Of a DNA stretch of 64,000 bases, positions 29,209 through 40,251 are shown piece after piece. Source of the DNA: Patescibacteria group bacterium (GTDB lineage Bacteria > Patescibacteriota > UBA1384 > JBAYJO01); contig JBAYJO010000003.1 of the NCBI GenBank assembly GCA_041665085.1, forward strand, positions 2,131 to 66,130, written 5' to 3'. Made by a program: the position numbers and the translations under genes. The notes under the pieces were generated by a model. The model made no database searches and was not told where the DNA came from. It saw nothing but the letters and a program-made list of their open reading frames with translations. The stretch's first letter is position 1, and each line of letters begins with the position of its first letter.

Positions 29209-29937
29209 ATGAAAATTACACATGTTTTATTAACAGCGGTGATCGTCGCTATGCCAAATGCTATCTTAGCGGTATCGAGCAATAGTCAAGGGCAGGGATC
29301 GGTTTCATCAAATAGTTCATCGAGTACATCGGTAAACTCAAACAGCGCAAATTCAAACAGTCAGTCCGGTACCGGTATTCAGACGCAAAACCAAACTCAG
29401 ACGAACAACGCTGGGGCTTCAACACAGATTCAAACTCAAACAGAGGAGGAAACTCAAGCTGCAGCAAAGGTAAAAGAAACTGCTCCGAAATATATCCCGA
29501 CTAATTCAAAATCTGTCGAACACAAAAGCGTGGTTGCTAATGCGGTTCAAAGTTTAATTCAAGCCTCTTATCAACTTGAAAACACTGGTCTTGGTGATCA
29601 AGTTAGAACTATCGCTCAAACTCAGTCGCAAAATCAAGATAAAATTGGTCAGGCTGTAGATAACGCAGACAAACGAACTGGCTTTGCCAAATTTTTTATC
29701 GGTGTAAATTACAAAGAGTTAAGACTTGCCAAGACGGCCATGGAGCAAAATCGAACGCAGATTCAAGAGTTAGAACAACTAATGGCTCAAATTGATAATG
29801 AGGGCGACAAGTTGGAAATTGCCAACCAAATTATAGTTTTGCAAAATCAACAAATCGAACTTAAAGATCAACTAGCAGAAGAAACTTCGGGTTTTTCGCT
29901 CTTTGGCTGGCTCGCACGATGGCGTAATAGCTACTAA
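29209..29937 (+). CDS. Exported hypothetical protein (Ser/Gln-rich N-terminus, helical C-terminus)
   Basis: Signal peptide, strong RBS, coiled-coil C-terminal half ending GFSLFGW. Confidence 0.7.
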   Translation: MKITHVLLTAVIVAMPNAILAVSSNSQGQGSVSSNSSSSTSVNSNSANSNSQSGTGIQTQNQTQTNNAGASTQIQTQTEEETQAAAKVKETAPKYIPTNSKSVEHKSVVANAVQSLIQASYQLENTGLGDQVRTIAQTQSQNQDKIGQAVDNADKRTGFAKFFIGVNYKELRLAKTAMEQNRTQIQELEQLMAQIDNEGDKLEIANQIIVLQNQQIELKDQLAEETSGFSLFGWLARWRNSY

Positions 29938-29996
29938 AATTTTCTCAGTATTTTTTCAGCACAATATAATATTGTAAGGTCAAGGAGTTTGCAAAT

Positions 29997-30626
29997 ATGA
30001 AATTTTTAATCAAACTTGATCGGTTTTTTGCGTGGGTTCTGTTCGGTGGGATGTTACTTTATTTTGTCTCCGGTTATGGCATGACTAAAGGTATAATTGA
30101 TGTATCTTTTGCAACTAAAATTCATCTCAACTTTTTGACGTACATTATTCTGATGGCTTTCACCTTTCATACTTTTTATGCCATTCACTTGGCTTTTAAA
30201 CGATGGCGAATTTGGGGTGGGCCAGCGAAGGTTTTACTGGTCAGTTTTTTCGTTGCCTTTTTCGGATCTTTCGTCTATATCGATCGATATTATCAAATCT
30301 CTAAGCAAATACCCGTAGAGTCTAGCCCTAGTGAAAGTGTGAGCAACACAAATTCTGAAGCAATAACACTGACAAACTCAAACAGCAATAGTGCTTTGTC
30401 TACCGAAGAGACTTTTACCATCTCACAGCTTTCGAAGTATAATGGCAAAAATGGTCAGAGCGCCTATGTAGCTGTTGACGGTAACATTTATGATCTAACT
30501 TCGGTTTTTAATAATGGTAGTCATTTTTCTCATTATGCCGGAACCGAATTAACTAATGCATTTTACACTCGTCATGCTAAAAGTGCTCTCTCTAAATTTC
30601 CAATTGTGGGAAAATTGGTAAAATAA
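29997..30626 (+). CDS. Membrane protein with cytochrome b5-like heme/steroid-binding domain
   Basis: Three TM helices with His residues; C-terminal FTISQLSKYNG..AYVAVDGNIYDLT..H..AGTELT..H..PIVG. Confidence 0.85.
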   Translation: MKFLIKLDRFFAWVLFGGMLLYFVSGYGMTKGIIDVSFATKIHLNFLTYIILMAFTFHTFYAIHLAFKRWRIWGGPAKVLLVSFFVAFFGSFVYIDRYYQISKQIPVESSPSESVSNTNSEAITLTNSNSNSALSTEETFTISQLSKYNGKNGQSAYVAVDGNIYDLTSVFNNGSHFSHYAGTELTNAFYTRHAKSALSKFPIVGKLVK

Positions 30627-30799
30627 TTTTTTTGAATATTTAATTTGCTGAGTTTTAACTGTAGTTTTTTTATGATAAAATATTAGTTAGTTAAGATAGA
30701 AGATTTGTTATTAAATTTGGGTTGAAAATTGTTATTTAACATAAGAATTTTTTTCAATAAATAATCTTTTATTAGAAAACATAGCTCAAATAATATTAA

Positions 30800-32272
30800 A
30801 TGGAGGGGAAAATGAATGATTCAAACCAACCCAAGAAGAAATTGGTTATATTTATTGTAATTCTTATTCTAATTATCGCGGGGATAGTTGTAAGTGGCTA
30901 TTGTCTGTATTGTTCTATAACCAAAACCAGTACCAACTTTGATACTAGTTCTATTTCTAGCATCGATGAGATGGCTTCATCGTGGCCGAAAAGTGATTCG
31001 CCTTGGCCGATGTTTCATGGCAACTATAATCATACCGGATTTGTTAATGTTTCAGGACCGGCTACTAATCAATTAAAATGGAAATATTTAATCGGGGCAA
31101 CTGCGGGTAATTTTCCTAACAGTGTGATTGTTGCTAAGGATGGAATCATATTTGTGGCTGGCAATAATAAGATAACGGCTTTAAATACCGATGGTTCTTT
31201 AAGGTGGGTTAAGGATTATAATTCAACGCAAGGTCCGTCTTTGTCTGCAGATGGAAAAACCTTATATTTTGTTTCTATGTCTTCGATCATTGCTACTTCC
31301 TCGCTTGACGGCAGTAAAATTTGGGAATTTAAAGCAGATGGTAATATGGTTTTTGGTCCGACGATCGGACCGGACGGGGTGATCTATCAGGGTTCTTGGG
31401 ATAAATATTTTTATGCCATTAATCCCGACGGCACACTCAAATGGAAATATTTGACCAAGGGCACAATCTCATATCCATCAAGTATTGATAAAAACGGTAA
31501 TATTTATCTTGGCGGCGGCGATGCTCACTTTGGTCCGGACGGCAATATTTACGCTTTTGACAAAGATGGCAAATTGCTTTGGACTTATGATACGAAAATG
31601 CTGCGAGTCGGTTCTCCTGCTATCGGTTACGATGGTTTGCTCTATTTCCCGGCCTCACCGGATTTGTTTGTATTGAATGTAAAAGGAGAACTGGTTTGGA
31701 AAAAAGGACCGGAAGCGGTTGTGACAGCGGCTCCAGAAAGTGAAGCTTCGAACGTCACGCCTGTTGGAACGACAAGCGAACCACAAAGCGGGGCACCGGC
31801 AACAGATTGTCCTCCGCCACCAGCACCTTGCGGTAATGTTCCCAGTGAAGCCGATGGAGGTGCGCAAGGAGGACCGTCGGGCATGGAAATTGAAGCTGGT
31901 GTGGAAGTAATTGCCGGTATTATTTCACCGGCCTTAACACCGGAAGGACTGATTTATATCGGTAACCCGCAAGGCAAATTAATGGCTATTGATTCAAAGA
32001 CTCAAGAAATTAAATGGTCATATCAAACCGGTAAAAATCCGGATCCAAAAGGCATTGATTTTGGTCTGCCAAGTTTTATTATTACAGATAAAGATGGAAC
32101 AGCTTATCTGGGTGCGTTTGATCATAAATTTTATGCTATTAGTAAAGACGGTAAAGAGAAATGGAGTTATGAAACGGGCGACAAGATTACCGAAGCGGCT
32201 CCTGCCATTGGCGCTGATGGCACAATTTATTTTACTTCGGAAGACGGATATGTTTATGCGATAGGGAAATAA
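30800..32272 (+). CDS. PQQ-like beta-propeller repeat protein, membrane-anchored
   Basis: WPMFHGN, repeated P.IG.DG.IY / DG.LKW blades and a Pro-rich insert. Confidence 0.85.
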   Translation: MEGKMNDSNQPKKKLVIFIVILILIIAGIVVSGYCLYCSITKTSTNFDTSSISSIDEMASSWPKSDSPWPMFHGNYNHTGFVNVSGPATNQLKWKYLIGATAGNFPNSVIVAKDGIIFVAGNNKITALNTDGSLRWVKDYNSTQGPSLSADGKTLYFVSMSSIIATSSLDGSKIWEFKADGNMVFGPTIGPDGVIYQGSWDKYFYAINPDGTLKWKYLTKGTISYPSSIDKNGNIYLGGGDAHFGPDGNIYAFDKDGKLLWTYDTKMLRVGSPAIGYDGLLYFPASPDLFVLNVKGELVWKKGPEAVVTAAPESEASNVTPVGTTSEPQSGAPATDCPPPPAPCGNVPSEADGGAQGGPSGMEIEAGVEVIAGIISPALTPEGLIYIGNPQGKLMAIDSKTQEIKWSYQTGKNPDPKGIDFGLPSFIITDKDGTAYLGAFDHKFYAISKDGKEKWSYETGDKITEAAPAIGADGTIYFTSEDGYVYAIGK

Positions 32273-32291
32273 TCGGATCCAAGGAGATAGT

Positions 32292-33473
32292 ATGGCGGAG
32301 CAACAATACAAACAAGCGCTAGCTACTCAAGACCAAGATATTGAGGAGAAAGTAATAAAGCCGAAAAAATGGTGGCGTTGGTGTTGTGGCATTCCGGCGA
32401 TTATTTGCGTATTGATATTTATCGCATTGATTATTTTTGTATTTATAATCGAAAAGAAACAAGCAGACAGGATGTCTAATCGTAATAAGCCGGAAACTTA
32501 TTCCGAAATATTTAATATCAATATCTTGCCTGACTATACAGTTAGTGAAACTGATGAAAAAGAGTTTAATAAGAAAATTGTAATTTTGTTTCAGAAAAAT
32601 GATTCAGAAATTGGTAACTACACTGAAAACGGAGACACAAAATTACTTCCTTTACTAAATAAAGACAAAAAGTTAGCTAAAGCCATATCGGATATGAAAT
32701 TTCTCAAAGATTATTATCCAGAAGGATACTATTTGGTAGTAAACTCCGTCCTTAAAACTCCTGAAAAAGAACAACAATTTCCAAATTTTTATCGTCATTC
32801 TACAGGGGAAGTAGACAGGGTGAATTTCCTTGTTCACGAGCTTTCTCACCTTAGTATTATTGTTAATGCATTAGGATGCGATGATTTTGGATATCTTGTT
32901 GAGGATAAATTTGTCAATTTCAATAAATTAACAAATGCACCCAAGGGCGATGAACTATTAAAATACATTAGCGAGTTGACTGCTTTAGACAATAAATACT
33001 TAAAAGAAAGTAAACATAACATTTACGCTACGCTTGATGAAATTGTTGCATATACAAAAAGTGTCAGATTGTATAGGGCTTTTGCCTATAAGAATAAAGT
33101 TACAATTGATGAAGACGCACCGCAGGGATTATCCAGACAGCTATATTATTTATCTTTGCATCTTAAAAATATTAAGGAAAACCACCCTGCTTTTTGGGAA
33201 AACTTAAAAAAAGAAAAGGGATTTGCCTATATAGTTTCTCGCGAAGTAACTATTGTTAAAACCGAGATAAAAGCAGCAAAGGATGAAGGTGTATGGAGTT
33301 CGACCAATACCGATTTTGCCGGTTCGATAGATAATAATCTATTGTCATTCGATCAGAATCAATCCGTGTTAGACGAATTATTTGACGCTGCTGGTTTAGA
33401 CTCTATGAACAATTTGCAAAATCTTACAGAACAGAAACTAATGATACTTGGCCTCAAGATTAAGAAATTTTGA
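32292..33473 (+). CDS. Single-pass membrane protein with HExxH motif (possible zinc peptidase)
   Basis: TM helix after WCCG; LVHELSH with a downstream DE..AY. Confidence 0.55.
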   Translation: MAEQQYKQALATQDQDIEEKVIKPKKWWRWCCGIPAIICVLIFIALIIFVFIIEKKQADRMSNRNKPETYSEIFNINILPDYTVSETDEKEFNKKIVILFQKNDSEIGNYTENGDTKLLPLLNKDKKLAKAISDMKFLKDYYPEGYYLVVNSVLKTPEKEQQFPNFYRHSTGEVDRVNFLVHELSHLSIIVNALGCDDFGYLVEDKFVNFNKLTNAPKGDELLKYISELTALDNKYLKESKHNIYATLDEIVAYTKSVRLYRAFAYKNKVTIDEDAPQGLSRQLYYLSLHLKNIKENHPAFWENLKKEKGFAYIVSREVTIVKTEIKAAKDEGVWSSTNTDFAGSIDNNLLSFDQNQSVLDELFDAAGLDSMNNLQNLTEQKLMILGLKIKKF

Positions 33474-33501
33474 GAGTTAATAATTGTTTCAATAAGATAA
33501 T

Positions 33502-34491
33502 ATGAAGAGAAAATATATTTACGATTTAATAATAATAGTGTTTCTAGGATTAACATTTTTGTATTTTCAATTTTATACTCCGCGATCGGCAATCAAACTA
33601 AGCCAAAGGATCGATGAAACGCAAGCTGGCAATTATGATTCCGATCGGATCACATTATCAAAAAAATATGAAACATATCTAGCCAAATGGTTGCCTAAGG
33701 GCGACAAAACTCCAACCATCGGACATTATTATATTGGCCAGCAAAGAAAGCTTTTAGATTTGAGGATTGAAAAAGCGATTGATGAGGTTAAAACTATAGT
33801 CATACCAACACGAAAAGTGCGGATTTGGAGTTTGTTGAATATGGGGGTAGTTGTTAAAACTCATGATAAAATAATTTCCATCGATACTGCCAATATTCCT
33901 TTTGTTTCTATTGCTCACAATGAACTGACCAGCATTGCCGATATTTTTCTTGTTACTCATGCTGATGCTGATCACTACGATAGGCAACTTTTAGCAGAAG
34001 CTTTAAAAAATAAAAAAACAATAATTTTTCCGGAGGGATTTTACTTTACTGGAGAAGATAATAACCCCAATATTTATAAATTAAAAAGCGGCCAAAGAAC
34101 AAATATTGATGGTATTTATGTTACTGCGTTTAAAACCGATCATCGCGGTGATGGAAATTTTCAAATTCCAAACTGTTGGTTTTTGATCGAAGTTGACGGC
34201 TTTAAAATATTGCACACTGGTGATGGCTTAGCTTTTCAAAATCCGACCGAAAGCCAGTATTTGCGGGATCGTCGCGATATCGATATTATGCTGACCAATC
34301 TAATGTTAAGTGATGAGAATATTCGAAATATTAAGCCAAATGTAGCAGTACCGCTTCATTTATTTAAATATATACACAGTCGTGAACAACTCAAAGAAAG
34401 TACTTTTGAATCTGCGATAGCTAAATATGATCAAAAAATATCCGGTATAGATATGAAAATGTTGTTTGCTGGAGAAGGTTTTGAATATTGA
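33502..34491 (+). CDS. Metallo-beta-lactamase-fold hydrolase, membrane-anchored
   Basis: THADADH, HTGD and VPLH motifs. Confidence 0.85.
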   Translation: MKRKYIYDLIIIVFLGLTFLYFQFYTPRSAIKLSQRIDETQAGNYDSDRITLSKKYETYLAKWLPKGDKTPTIGHYYIGQQRKLLDLRIEKAIDEVKTIVIPTRKVRIWSLLNMGVVVKTHDKIISIDTANIPFVSIAHNELTSIADIFLVTHADADHYDRQLLAEALKNKKTIIFPEGFYFTGEDNNPNIYKLKSGQRTNIDGIYVTAFKTDHRGDGNFQIPNCWFLIEVDGFKILHTGDGLAFQNPTESQYLRDRRDIDIMLTNLMLSDENIRNIKPNVAVPLHLFKYIHSREQLKESTFESAIAKYDQKISGIDMKMLFAGEGFEY

Positions 34492-34571
34492 GAAAATTTT
34501 AATCATTTTAATAATAAATGTTGTGTTTTTACTTGGTAAAATATGATAACATAATTATATAAGGAGGAAAA

Positions 34572-35663
34572 ATGAAAAGAATTTTAACAATAGTATCTGT
34601 GTGTTTAGTATTTTTTTCGGCTGTACCGGTATTGGCAGCGAATGAAAATCAATTACCGTCAAAATTTACCTATGCTAAAGAATGGGTTGTATTAAATTTG
34701 TTTACTTGGAAATATGAGTCAAAATTGACTGTCTTAGATCGTTATGCCACCGAACGAGTGGGTAATATTGAAACTACTAGTCGAAATGGCTCTGATGGTG
34801 AAATTCAAGAATTGGTTGATAGATATTTGCGAATTAATGGAAAAGAAAACAACCTGATTCAAACAAAAAACATATCGGATAAAAAGATAAATATGGTAAT
34901 GGAGCAAGAGTTAGAAAGACAAAGAATTTTGTCGACAATAAGGCAAGAAACTAAATCTGAAGATGTTAAAAACAAAATGGTTGAGACACAAGAGAGAGTT
35001 GTGAACAATATTAAAACAGCCTTAAAGAATAATAAGAATGATGACGATATAAATGAATTTCAGAATAATATTGTAGCTTCTTGGCGTGATCCTAAAGGTG
35101 AACTGAACCAAAATCAGGAAAGAGAAACTCGTGTTTATACTACTGGTACGACGGAAAATGGCACAATTGACGATGGGGTAATTATTGATGGCGGCGAGGC
35201 AAAAATCAGTAAAGACAATGGCGGCAATTTAAAAATTGAATACGCACCTGGCACTGGGCCATCTTCAACTACTACCGAGAGTGGTTTGAGAATATGGAAA
35301 ATCGTTCAAAGCGACGGCACAACCATAGATAGTTATCAGGCGGCAGGTAGAGTAGTAATTGGACAAAGTACGGGAGTATCTGGGAATGTTGTGGTTAATA
35401 CTGTTGCGGACGGAACAAACACTACTTCATCAGAAGCTAATGTTGTTGCTGGAAATAATAGTGCTGCGAGCGGTGTAACGGTTGTTGGCGGTAAGCCGAT
35501 AATAAAAACAGGACAAGCAGGAATGGAATCCGACGATTCAGTTTCCGATCCTTCACAAGCTACCAGAAACGAAATCAATTCCTCCAATGGTGCCAATTTA
35601 ATAAACGGAACAAATAGTGGTGGACAAAATGTAGAGCAGGCTACTCCGGTTTCCCCACAATAA
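34572..35663 (+). CDS. Exported hypothetical protein
   Basis: Signal peptide (VLA cleavage), helical N-terminal domain, Gly/Thr/Ser-rich tail; strong RBS. Confidence 0.7.
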   Translation: MKRILTIVSVCLVFFSAVPVLAANENQLPSKFTYAKEWVVLNLFTWKYESKLTVLDRYATERVGNIETTSRNGSDGEIQELVDRYLRINGKENNLIQTKNISDKKINMVMEQELERQRILSTIRQETKSEDVKNKMVETQERVVNNIKTALKNNKNDDDINEFQNNIVASWRDPKGELNQNQERETRVYTTGTTENGTIDDGVIIDGGEAKISKDNGGNLKIEYAPGTGPSSTTTESGLRIWKIVQSDGTTIDSYQAAGRVVIGQSTGVSGNVVVNTVADGTNTTSSEANVVAGNNSAASGVTVVGGKPIIKTGQAGMESDDSVSDPSQATRNEINSSNGANLINGTNSGGQNVEQATPVSPQ

Positions 35664-35696
35664 TTTACTATTTTTGATTTATACTGGGAGAGACAA

Positions 35697-36929
35697 ATGA
35701 AAGATGGATTAAACCAGCCCAATCTGTCGGAGCAAAAAAATAAGAAAAAAATATGTTTTTGGGTTATATTGATTATTATAATTTCAGCTATTGGTCTATA
35801 TTGTTATCTGGATTGGCAAAGTAGCCGACCGGTGGATGATTTTATTTCTCCATTAGGTCCAATAGTGGATACTAACACAACGCCGAAAATAATTCCGCAA
35901 CAGATTTTGGATAATAAGTTTGGCTGGCTTGGCGGAGGAATAGAGGATTCAGGGGATGGAATCGTAGAGAAAGAAGGCGGATGGATGAGACCGCATCCGG
36001 GTGCGTTTGTTTGGGATATGATGCAGAAATCAAAAGATGGTGAAATTGATTTTTCGCTAGCTGACACAGAAGTTAAAAATATTCAAAAAAACAACCTTGG
36101 AATATTAGCAACTATTTGGCCGTTTGCTGACTGGGATCAAAAAAACTTATCTGATGCGGAAAATTGTAAAGTTTCTGAAAATGACGAATTTTTACCAAAA
36201 AATGATAAAAAAGGGCGCGGAGTTTATTTGCCGGAATGTCGATGCAATCCAAGCGATTGGGCTAGCTATCAAAAATTCGTAGAGGCAGTTGTCGAGCGGT
36301 ATGATGGTGATGGAATTTCTGATATGCCGGGACTAATTATTCCGATCAAATATTGGGAAGTAATGAATGAACCGGACCTGCAATACGGAAGTAATGCGCC
36401 AATTGGCGATTCTGATCGCTTGACTTTTTACAAACAGGGCCCAACTGAATATGGAGAACTACTCAAAAAAAGTTATTTTTCAATCAAAAGCGCAGACTCT
36501 ACCGCAAGTGTGTTAATCGCTGGCGCCGCTGGAGCGGATGAGAGAATGCTTGGTTTTTATGAAGAAGTTTTTGCCGATCCGGAAACAAAAACATCTTTTG
36601 ACATTGGCAATATCCATTGCATTTCCAACGATCAACAGACACATGATTTTAATGTTACGGCATATAAAAAAATGCTGGCCAGTTTTGGTATTACGAAGCC
36701 AATCTGGGTTACAGAAGCAGAGGCAATGTATGGCACAACCGGTGAGACAAATTTTCAAAGCACAAAAACAAGCACTACCGGCGCCATCGCTGCCGGAGCT
36801 GAAAGAATATTTTTTACGCGAGACGATTTTGGCGACACTAGAACAGATATGTCAAAAATAAATACGGCAAGCGACTATCCAAGTGCGGAAAAGTATCGAG
36901 AAATTATTAAGAGCTATTTAAATAAATAA
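35697..36929 (+). CDS. Clan GH-A glycoside hydrolase (GH5/GH39-like), membrane-anchored
   Basis: WEVMNEP (acid/base) and PIWVTE (nucleophile) motifs; VERYDGDG. Confidence 0.8.
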   Translation: MKDGLNQPNLSEQKNKKKICFWVILIIIISAIGLYCYLDWQSSRPVDDFISPLGPIVDTNTTPKIIPQQILDNKFGWLGGGIEDSGDGIVEKEGGWMRPHPGAFVWDMMQKSKDGEIDFSLADTEVKNIQKNNLGILATIWPFADWDQKNLSDAENCKVSENDEFLPKNDKKGRGVYLPECRCNPSDWASYQKFVEAVVERYDGDGISDMPGLIIPIKYWEVMNEPDLQYGSNAPIGDSDRLTFYKQGPTEYGELLKKSYFSIKSADSTASVLIAGAAGADERMLGFYEEVFADPETKTSFDIGNIHCISNDQQTHDFNVTAYKKMLASFGITKPIWVTEAEAMYGTTGETNFQSTKTSTTGAIAAGAERIFFTRDDFGDTRTDMSKINTASDYPSAEKYREIIKSYLNK

Positions 36930-37011
36930 ATTTTTCGTATTTTTAAGCCTATGAAAAGAATATTTTTAGTTATATAATAAATACACATGTTAATAACTAT
37001 CTTGGATAAAT

Positions 37012-37620
37012 ATGGAATTATTTAGTGGAGAATCATTAACGAATTTAGTTAGAACTGCTGGCTATTTAGGACTTTTTGCGATTATTTTTGCTGAGTCGGG
37101 ACTGTTTATCGGTTTTTTCTTGCCGGGGGATAGTTTGCTGTTTACAGCCGGTTTATTAGCTTCTCAAGGTATTCTTAATATTTATTGGTTGATATTAGTA
37201 TTATTTGTTGCTGCTGTTACTGGCGATAATGTTGGATACACTTTTGGTCGTCGAGTAGGCCATAGGATATTTAAAAGAGAGGATTCTCTTCTTTTTCATA
37301 AAAATAATTTAATTAGAGCGGAGAATTTTTATAAACAGTATGGTTCCATGACAATAATTATTGCCAGATTTATTCCAATTGTTAGAACGTTTGCTCCAAT
37401 TGTTGCAGGCGTTGGAAAAATGGAGTATAAAAGATTTTTTACTTATAATCTGATTGGTGGGTTTCTGTGGACTATCGTGATGACTTTGTCGGGATTTATC
37501 TTGGTGAAAATATTTCCAAATATTGAACATAATCTTTCACTAGTGGTGTTAATAATTATTATAGTTTCGGTTATACAACCGGCTTATCATATTATTAAAG
37601 AGAGATCAAAAAAGAGTTAG
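37012..37620 (+). CDS. dedA: DedA family protein
   Basis: FAESGL..LPGDSLLF and ARFIPIVRTFAP..AG. Confidence 0.93.
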   Translation: MELFSGESLTNLVRTAGYLGLFAIIFAESGLFIGFFLPGDSLLFTAGLLASQGILNIYWLILVLFVAAVTGDNVGYTFGRRVGHRIFKREDSLLFHKNNLIRAENFYKQYGSMTIIIARFIPIVRTFAPIVAGVGKMEYKRFFTYNLIGGFLWTIVMTLSGFILVKIFPNIEHNLSLVVLIIIIVSVIQPAYHIIKERSKKS

Positions 37621-38288
37621 AACTTTTTGTTTTTAAGTTCATTTAATGCGTTTGCAGCAATCCATTTTGCGGCTTTGTTTTCTTTAGGTTGTATTTTTTT
37701 AGCCAGCTCTATTGCTTCTATATTTAATTTTTTATTTCTCTTACCAATTTGTCTTAAGGCCCAATTTACTGCTTTTTTAACAAAATTTCTCTCATCAGTT
37801 GAATATTTTTCTATCAGTGGAAAAAATGAAGTATATACTTTATCTTCAGCTTTTTTGTTATGAACTGCTAGCCAAGCAACCATCACAAAACCTGCTCGTC
37901 TAGTATATTCTTTTTCAGATAGTATATACTCTTTAATTTTTTTGTAAGCAAATGGAGTTTTGTCGAACAGTGAACCACAGACACTATCGCAAATATCCCA
38001 TGAATTAAAACTATTTACCCATTCATCCATTTGATTTTCTGTTACATTTTTTGGATCCTCAATAAATGCTGCAATCATTCGTGCTTCATGGATTTCGCTA
38101 TTCCAAAGTTCCATTGCTAGCTCGTGATTATTTGTTGTGGATTTTTTGATTTCTTTTGCCATTTGTCTAAGAATTGGCATAGAAACTCCATAGGTATTTT
38201 TAGTGTTTATTCCAAATCTAGCCATTCCTGCAATATTTTTCTCATTTTTTAAAGATTTTATTTTTGTAATTATATCTTCTTTTTTCAT
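37617..38288 (-). CDS. DNA alkylation repair protein (AlkD-like)
   Basis: GVSMP.LR, HEAR, SWDICD, DERNFVKKAVNWALRQIGK. Confidence 0.9.
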   Translation of the reverse strand: MKKEDIITKIKSLKNEKNIAGMARFGINTKNTYGVSMPILRQMAKEIKKSTTNNHELAMELWNSEIHEARMIAAFIEDPKNVTENQMDEWVNSFNSWDICDSVCGSLFDKTPFAYKKIKEYILSEKEYTRRAGFVMVAWLAVHNKKAEDKVYTSFFPLIEKYSTDERNFVKKAVNWALRQIGKRNKKLNIEAIELAKKIQPKENKAAKWIAANALNELKNKKF

Positions 38289-38318
38289 ATTTAAATAATA
38301 ACATAAATCACTAATCCT

Positions 38319-38347
38319 TTGACAATTTTAGCAAATTGGAGTATTAT
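38319..38347 (+). promoter_or_regulatory. Putative sigma70 promoter of typA
   Basis: TTGACA-17 bp-TATTAT. Confidence 0.65.
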
Positions 38348-38377
38348 TAATAAGTTATACACTTTAATTTTATCTTT

Positions 38378-40189
38378 ATGGAAATTAGAAATGCCGCCAT
38401 TATTGCCCATGTAGATCATGGAAAAACTACACTGGTTGATGGCTTACTAAAACAATCAAAAACATTTCGCGACAATGAAGCAGAGATGAGTCAAGATTTA
38501 ATTATGGACTCAAATGATCAGGAAAGAGAGCGTGGAATTACGATTTTAGCTAAAAATACTGCTATTAATTATAATGGTGTCAAAATTAATATTATTGATA
38601 CGCCAGGGCATGCGGATTTTGGCGGTGAGGTTGAGAGAACTTTAAATATGGCTGAAGGTGCTATTCTTTTAATTGATGCTCAAGAAGGCCCTATGCCTCA
38701 AACAAAATTTGTACTAAAAAAAGCTTTAGATTTAGGTTTAAAAATTATTGTTGTAATTAATAAAATCGACAAATCTAATGCAAATATTCAACAAACGCTT
38801 GATCGAACCTACGAGTTATTTTTGGAGCTTGCTCAAAAAGATGATCATTTAGATTTCCCAATTTATTACTGTATTAGTCGAGAAGGAAAATCATGGAATG
38901 AAATGCCGGATGATCCATCAGAAACTGCCGATTTAACCCCAATTTTAGATGCAATCATCGAGCATATCCCTACTCCTAAAAAAGATATTAATAGTCCATT
39001 TAAAATGCTTGTTTCAGCACTTGATTGGGATAATTTTATGGGGAAATATGTTATTGGAAAGATTACATCTGGTACTGCAAAAGCTGGTATGGCGACAAAT
39101 GTATTAAATGAAAATGGTATATTCGAAAATGGAAAAATTGAAAAAATATATATTACACAAGGACTTAAGAAAAATTCAGTTATAGAAGCAGAATCTGGTG
39201 ATATCGTTTCAATCGCTGGATTTAAAAATGCATCAATTGGGGATACGCTTGCCGATTTAGAAGTTAAAGAAGCTTTGCCTTCGATTGCAATTGAAGAACC
39301 GACATTAAGTATTTCAGTATATACTAATACTTCTCCTTTTGCCGGAAATGAAGGCAAATATGTTACGGCAAGACATTTGCTTGAAAGAATCAAAAAAGAA
39401 CTTGAAACCAATATTTCAATGAAACTTGAAATTGCCGACAATGGAGAGTATATACTTTCCGGTAGAGGAGAACTGCATTTATCAGTATTTATTGAAACTT
39501 TAAGACGAGAAGGTTTTGAACTGCAAGTTGGTAAACCGAAAGTTATTGAGAAAAAAATTGATGGTGTTTTGTGCGAACCAATCGAAGAGCTGACTGCTGA
39601 TGTTGCACCGGCTTATGTTAATACAATTATTGGCGAGGTAAACAAAAGACGAGGAATTCTTTTGAGACAGGATTCAAATGCTGATAATTCAACCAGAATT
39701 GAATTTGAGATCTCGACTCGCGGCACACTTGGTCTTCGAAATGTTTTAATGACAGCATCAAAAGGTACGGCTGTAACAAATTCGTTATTTTTAAGATATG
39801 ATCCGGTTGGAGGAACTATTCCAAAACTAAGAAATGGAGTTTTGGTTGCTTTTGAAGCAGGTAAAGCAGTTTCTTACGGTTTAAATATTGCTCAACAAAG
39901 AGGAACCACTTTTATTGCGCCGGGAACTATTGTTTATGCGGGAATGATTATCGGATCAAATACACGTGAAGAAGATATTGAAATAAATGTTACAAAAGAG
40001 AAAAAATTAACAAATGTTAGATCTTCAAATGCTGATATTGCTACTATTTTATCACCTCCAACTATTTTATCGCTTGAACAATGCATCGATTTTTTGGAAG
40101 ATGATGAGCTGCTTGAAGTAACACCTAAAAATTTAAGGCTTCGAAAAAGAATACTTGATTCTGTTGCTCGAAAACGAGCAAATAAATAA
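38378..40189 (+). CDS. typA: Translational GTPase TypA/BipA
   Basis: AHVDHGKTT, DTPGHADFGGEVER, NKID, GRGELHL, DDELLEVTP..RLRK. Confidence 0.98.
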   Translation: MEIRNAAIIAHVDHGKTTLVDGLLKQSKTFRDNEAEMSQDLIMDSNDQERERGITILAKNTAINYNGVKINIIDTPGHADFGGEVERTLNMAEGAILLIDAQEGPMPQTKFVLKKALDLGLKIIVVINKIDKSNANIQQTLDRTYELFLELAQKDDHLDFPIYYCISREGKSWNEMPDDPSETADLTPILDAIIEHIPTPKKDINSPFKMLVSALDWDNFMGKYVIGKITSGTAKAGMATNVLNENGIFENGKIEKIYITQGLKKNSVIEAESGDIVSIAGFKNASIGDTLADLEVKEALPSIAIEEPTLSISVYTNTSPFAGNEGKYVTARHLLERIKKELETNISMKLEIADNGEYILSGRGELHLSVFIETLRREGFELQVGKPKVIEKKIDGVLCEPIEELTADVAPAYVNTIIGEVNKRRGILLRQDSNADNSTRIEFEISTRGTLGLRNVLMTASKGTAVTNSLFLRYDPVGGTIPKLRNGVLVAFEAGKAVSYGLNIAQQRGTTFIAPGTIVYAGMIIGSNTREEDIEINVTKEKKLTNVRSSNADIATILSPPTILSLEQCIDFLEDDELLEVTPKNLRLRKRILDSVARKRANK

Positions 40190-40202
40190 AAAAATTAGTA
40201 AT

Positions 40203-40240
40203 AAAAAAAGCGAGAGCTAATGCTCCCGCTTTTCTTTTTT
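40203..40240. terminator. Bidirectional intrinsic terminator
   Basis: A-run, AAGCG.GAGC-TAAT-GCTC.CGCTT stem, then a T-run, between convergent genes. Confidence 0.7.
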
Positions 40241-40251
40241 GATTTCGATAT

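Noticed and set aside
38866-39441. 191-aa antisense ORF within typA, and similar antisense ORFs in uvrA, the ABC genes and purA
   Set aside because: They mirror the codon pattern of well-supported genes on the opposite strand and have no motifs of their own.
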